The position numbers and the translations under genes were made by a program. This document shows positions 44,801 to 45,940 of a stretch of 45,940 nucleotides of DNA, piece after piece. The notes under the pieces were generated by a model that was given only the letters and a program-made list of their open reading frames with translations, did no database searches and had not been told where the DNA came from. The stretch is from the NCBI GenBank assembly GCA_964657555.1, contig CAZZWA010000003.1, positions 1 through 45,940 of the forward strand, read 5' to 3'. This DNA comes from an uncultured Microcoleus sp. Lineage in GTDB: Bacteria > Cyanobacteriota > Cyanobacteriia > Cyanobacteriales > FACHB-T130. The stretch's first letter is position 1. Every line of letters begins with the position of its first letter.

Positions 44801-45781
44801 CTGGTGGGGGCAGAACCAGTCAAGGAAGGCACCGGACGGATTGTCCGTTATCAGTTGAAACCACTTGCAGCAGTTGTACATCCCCGCATTGATGTATTAG
44901 CGAATCTCTCCGGGATCTTTCGGGATAGCTTTGTCAATATTATTGAATTATTAGATGACTTGTTTCAACGGGCAGCTGCTGCTGATGAACCGGAAGACCA
45001 AAACTTTATCCGCAAACACGCTTTAGCACTGAAAGCGCAGGGTGTGGAGAATGCAACTGCCAGGTTATTTTCTAACCCTGCTGGAGATTTTGGTTCTTTA
45101 GTTAACGACCAAGTCGTCGCATCTAATTGGGAATCGGGAGATGAGTTGGGGAATACTTGGCAAAGTCGTAATGTCTTTAGTTACGGCCGAAAAGATCAAG
45201 GCCAAGCCAGACCAGAAGTTCTCACCCAGCTTTTGCAAAAGTGCGATCGCATTGTTCAGGAAATCGACTCGGTTGAATATGGCCTCACGGATATTCAAGA
45301 ATATTATGCCAATACGGGTGGAATGAAGCGGGCAGCTGAGAAACAAAGTGGCAAAAAGGTAAATGCTAGCTTTGTAGAAAGCTTCTCCAAAGACACTACT
45401 CCCCGTAACTTAGAAGACTTACTGCGGATGGAGTATCGTACCAAGTTGCTAAATCCCAAATGGGCAGAGGCAATGGCAAATCAAGGTTCTGGCGGCGCTT
45501 TTGAAATTTCGCAACGGATGACAGCGTTGATTGGCTGGGGTGGTACGGTTGATTTTACCGATGCTTGGGTGTATGACCAAGCCGCTAATACCTATGCCTT
45601 AGATCCAGAGATGGCGAAAAAGTTGCAAGAGGCAAATCCTGAAGCGTTTCGCAATATTGTGGGGAGGATGTTAGAGGCAAATGGACGGGGTTTCTGGCAA
45701 CCGAATGCTGAAAAGTTGGAAAAGCTGCGGGAATTGTATGAGTTGTCCGATGCAGAGATTGAAGGCGTGACAGTTGAATAA
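41867..45781 (+). CDS. Magnesium chelatase subunit H family protein (ChlH/BchH paralog, not the canonical long-N-terminus ChlH)
   Basis: 1304 aa. HFGMHGTVEWLPG, VLPTGRNIHALDPYRMP, LSGIFRDSFVNIIELLD and RNLEDLLRMEYRTKLLNPKW. The NIHALDP block favours ChlH/BchH over CobN, where I recall NFYSVD. Confidence 0.85.
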   Translation: MKRIVLIAGFESFNADLYRKAADLAQASCPELDIRVFSDRSLTSEPDQVEAALQDAHVFFGSLLFDYDQVLWLRQRVQNIPIRLIFESALELISLTHLGAFKIGDQPKGMPKPIKFILDKFSNGREEDRLAGYISFLKTGPKLLKFVPVQKVQDLRNWLIIYGYWNAGGPENVASMFWTLAEKYLGLKVGEIPAPVETPNIGLLHPDYQGFFESPRQYLEWYQQRNVPCASQSPVIGILLYRKHVITKQPYIPQLIRHFEKAGLVPLPIFINGVEGHVAVRDWMTSTYERVIIKLAKGETTKLQMPQGVEHAAGRQREIAKRISSSSATLSKDAVDVDAIVSTIGFPLVGGPAGSMEGARQVEVAVKILSAKNVPYFVAAPLLIQDIHSWTRQGIGGLQSVVLYALPELDGAIDPVPLGGLVGEDIYIIPERVKRLTGRLKRWIALRKTPPAEKKIAIILYGFPPGYGATGTAALLNVPRSLLKFLYALKEQGYSIGDLPETGEELIRWVKAADENPHSPTPSPIKGEGEKEVMHPLSQGGRGSEGATVNARTLEKWLGYLLTTRIEKQWKSLTSTGIKTYGDELQIGGVQLGNVWIGVQPPLGIPGDPMRLMFERDLTPHPQYAAYYKWLQNDFQADAVVHFGMHGTVEWLPGSPLGNTGYSWPDILLGDLPNLYIYAANNPSESILAKRRGYGVLISHNVPPYGRAGLYKELMALRELILEYREDPQKNYALKEAICKKIVDTGLDADCQFEDAKRLGIAFTPENVRLFSADAFNHYLVQLYEYLQVLENRLFSSGLHLLGETPTPEELTSYLEAYLSEEKRLPQEVVSAIAHGADRSQVGAAYIKYMQQHQPDVVLRPPMTLLDEAVQIRDLLAQTGDELTNLLRGLNGEYIPPAPGGDLLRDGPGVLPTGRNIHALDPYRMPAPAAYERGREIAQKIIAQHFQENGQYPETVAVMLWGLDAIKTKGESLGILLELVGAEPVKEGTGRIVRYQLKPLAAVVHPRIDVLANLSGIFRDSFVNIIELLDDLFQRAAAADEPEDQNFIRKHALALKAQGVENATARLFSNPAGDFGSLVNDQVVASNWESGDELGNTWQSRNVFSYGRKDQGQARPEVLTQLLQKCDRIVQEIDSVEYGLTDIQEYYANTGGMKRAAEKQSGKKVNASFVESFSKDTTPRNLEDLLRMEYRTKLLNPKWAEAMANQGSGGAFEISQRMTALIGWGGTVDFTDAWVYDQAANTYALDPEMAKKLQEANPEAFRNIVGRMLEANGRGFWQPNAEKLEKLRELYELSDAEIEGVTVE
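43428..43495. repeat. Two copies of a CCCTCTCC...GGGAGAGGG palindromic unit embedded in-frame in the chelatase H gene
   Basis: Hairpin 1: 43430-43437 pairs with 43445-43452 (8 bp). Hairpin 2: 43473-43481 pairs with 43487-43495 (9 bp, loop agggt). The encoded peptide is SPTPSPIKGEGEKEVMHPLSQGGRGSEG. Confidence 0.85.
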
Positions 45782-45940
45782 GCAAGAGGTCATGAAAACA
45801 TTTCAGTTTTGTAAATATATTGAGCAAAGAAACCCGGATATCTACGTCTTTTTTTGTATATATTAGTGTATGTCTACAAAAATGAGATGCTATCAGCAGC
45901 TATAGAGTTTCTTCAAATGATTAAAACTTCTCAGAAAGAA

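Noticed and set aside
41867-45781. Alternative call as cobaltochelatase CobN (cbiB lies 6 kb upstream)
   Set aside because: The motif VLPTGRNIHALDP and the overall N-terminal block pattern match my recollection of ChlH/BchH rather than CobN (NFYSVD). This still needs a phylogeny to be certain.

Overview
Chromosomal window from a cyanobacterium. The HIP1 octamer GCGATCGC occurs more than 25 times by eye, and STRR-like heptamer arrays sit in several spacers. The core is a CO2-concentrating-mechanism locus. A beta-carboxysome operon ccmK2-ccmK1-ccmL-ccmM-ccmN-ccmO (18336-22835, +) is transcribed divergently from an NDH-1 CO2-uptake operon, ndhF-ndhD-CO2 hydration protein (17643-12857, -), across a 692-nt AT-rich control region. 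To the left lie a heme-c (CxxCH) sensor fused to a class III nucleotide cyclase, a bacteriophytochrome-type hybrid histidine kinase co-oriented with a REC-GGDEF diguanylate cyclase, a TnpB (IS200/IS605) C-terminal relic, a 1037-aa protein anchored in the membrane at both ends with an exact 294-nt internal periodicity, and a polytopic membrane protein bracketed by a 40-nt direct repeat. To the right lie a PlsC-like acyltransferase, an AT-rich orphan membrane/coiled-coil gene, a GT39/ArnT-like glycosyltransferase, a ClC channel with CBS domains, a hybrid kinase, a LuxR-type response regulator, a cyAbrB regulator, an Rrf2 regulator, cbiB, aroC, an MBL hydrolase, a Pro-rich membrane protein, mnmG and a ChlH/BchH-family Mg-chelatase H paralog. 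I see no rRNA, tRNA, CRISPR array or intact mobile element. I cannot point to a self-evident new multi-gene system. The best leads are listed here. (1) The leader and start-codon duplication, and the GC-rich non-coding island it primes (1-2640). (2) The 294-nt-periodic double-anchored protein. (3) The phytochrome / c-di-GMP / heme-c cyclase signalling block next to the CCM genes. (4) A long hairpin whose apex is a perfect 9-nt anti-SD to the hybrid kinase RBS. (5) An in-frame double-palindrome insertion in the chelatase H paralog. (6) The AT-rich orphan membrane gene at 24536-26137. All functional calls rest on motif recognition in the supplied translations; no searches were run.
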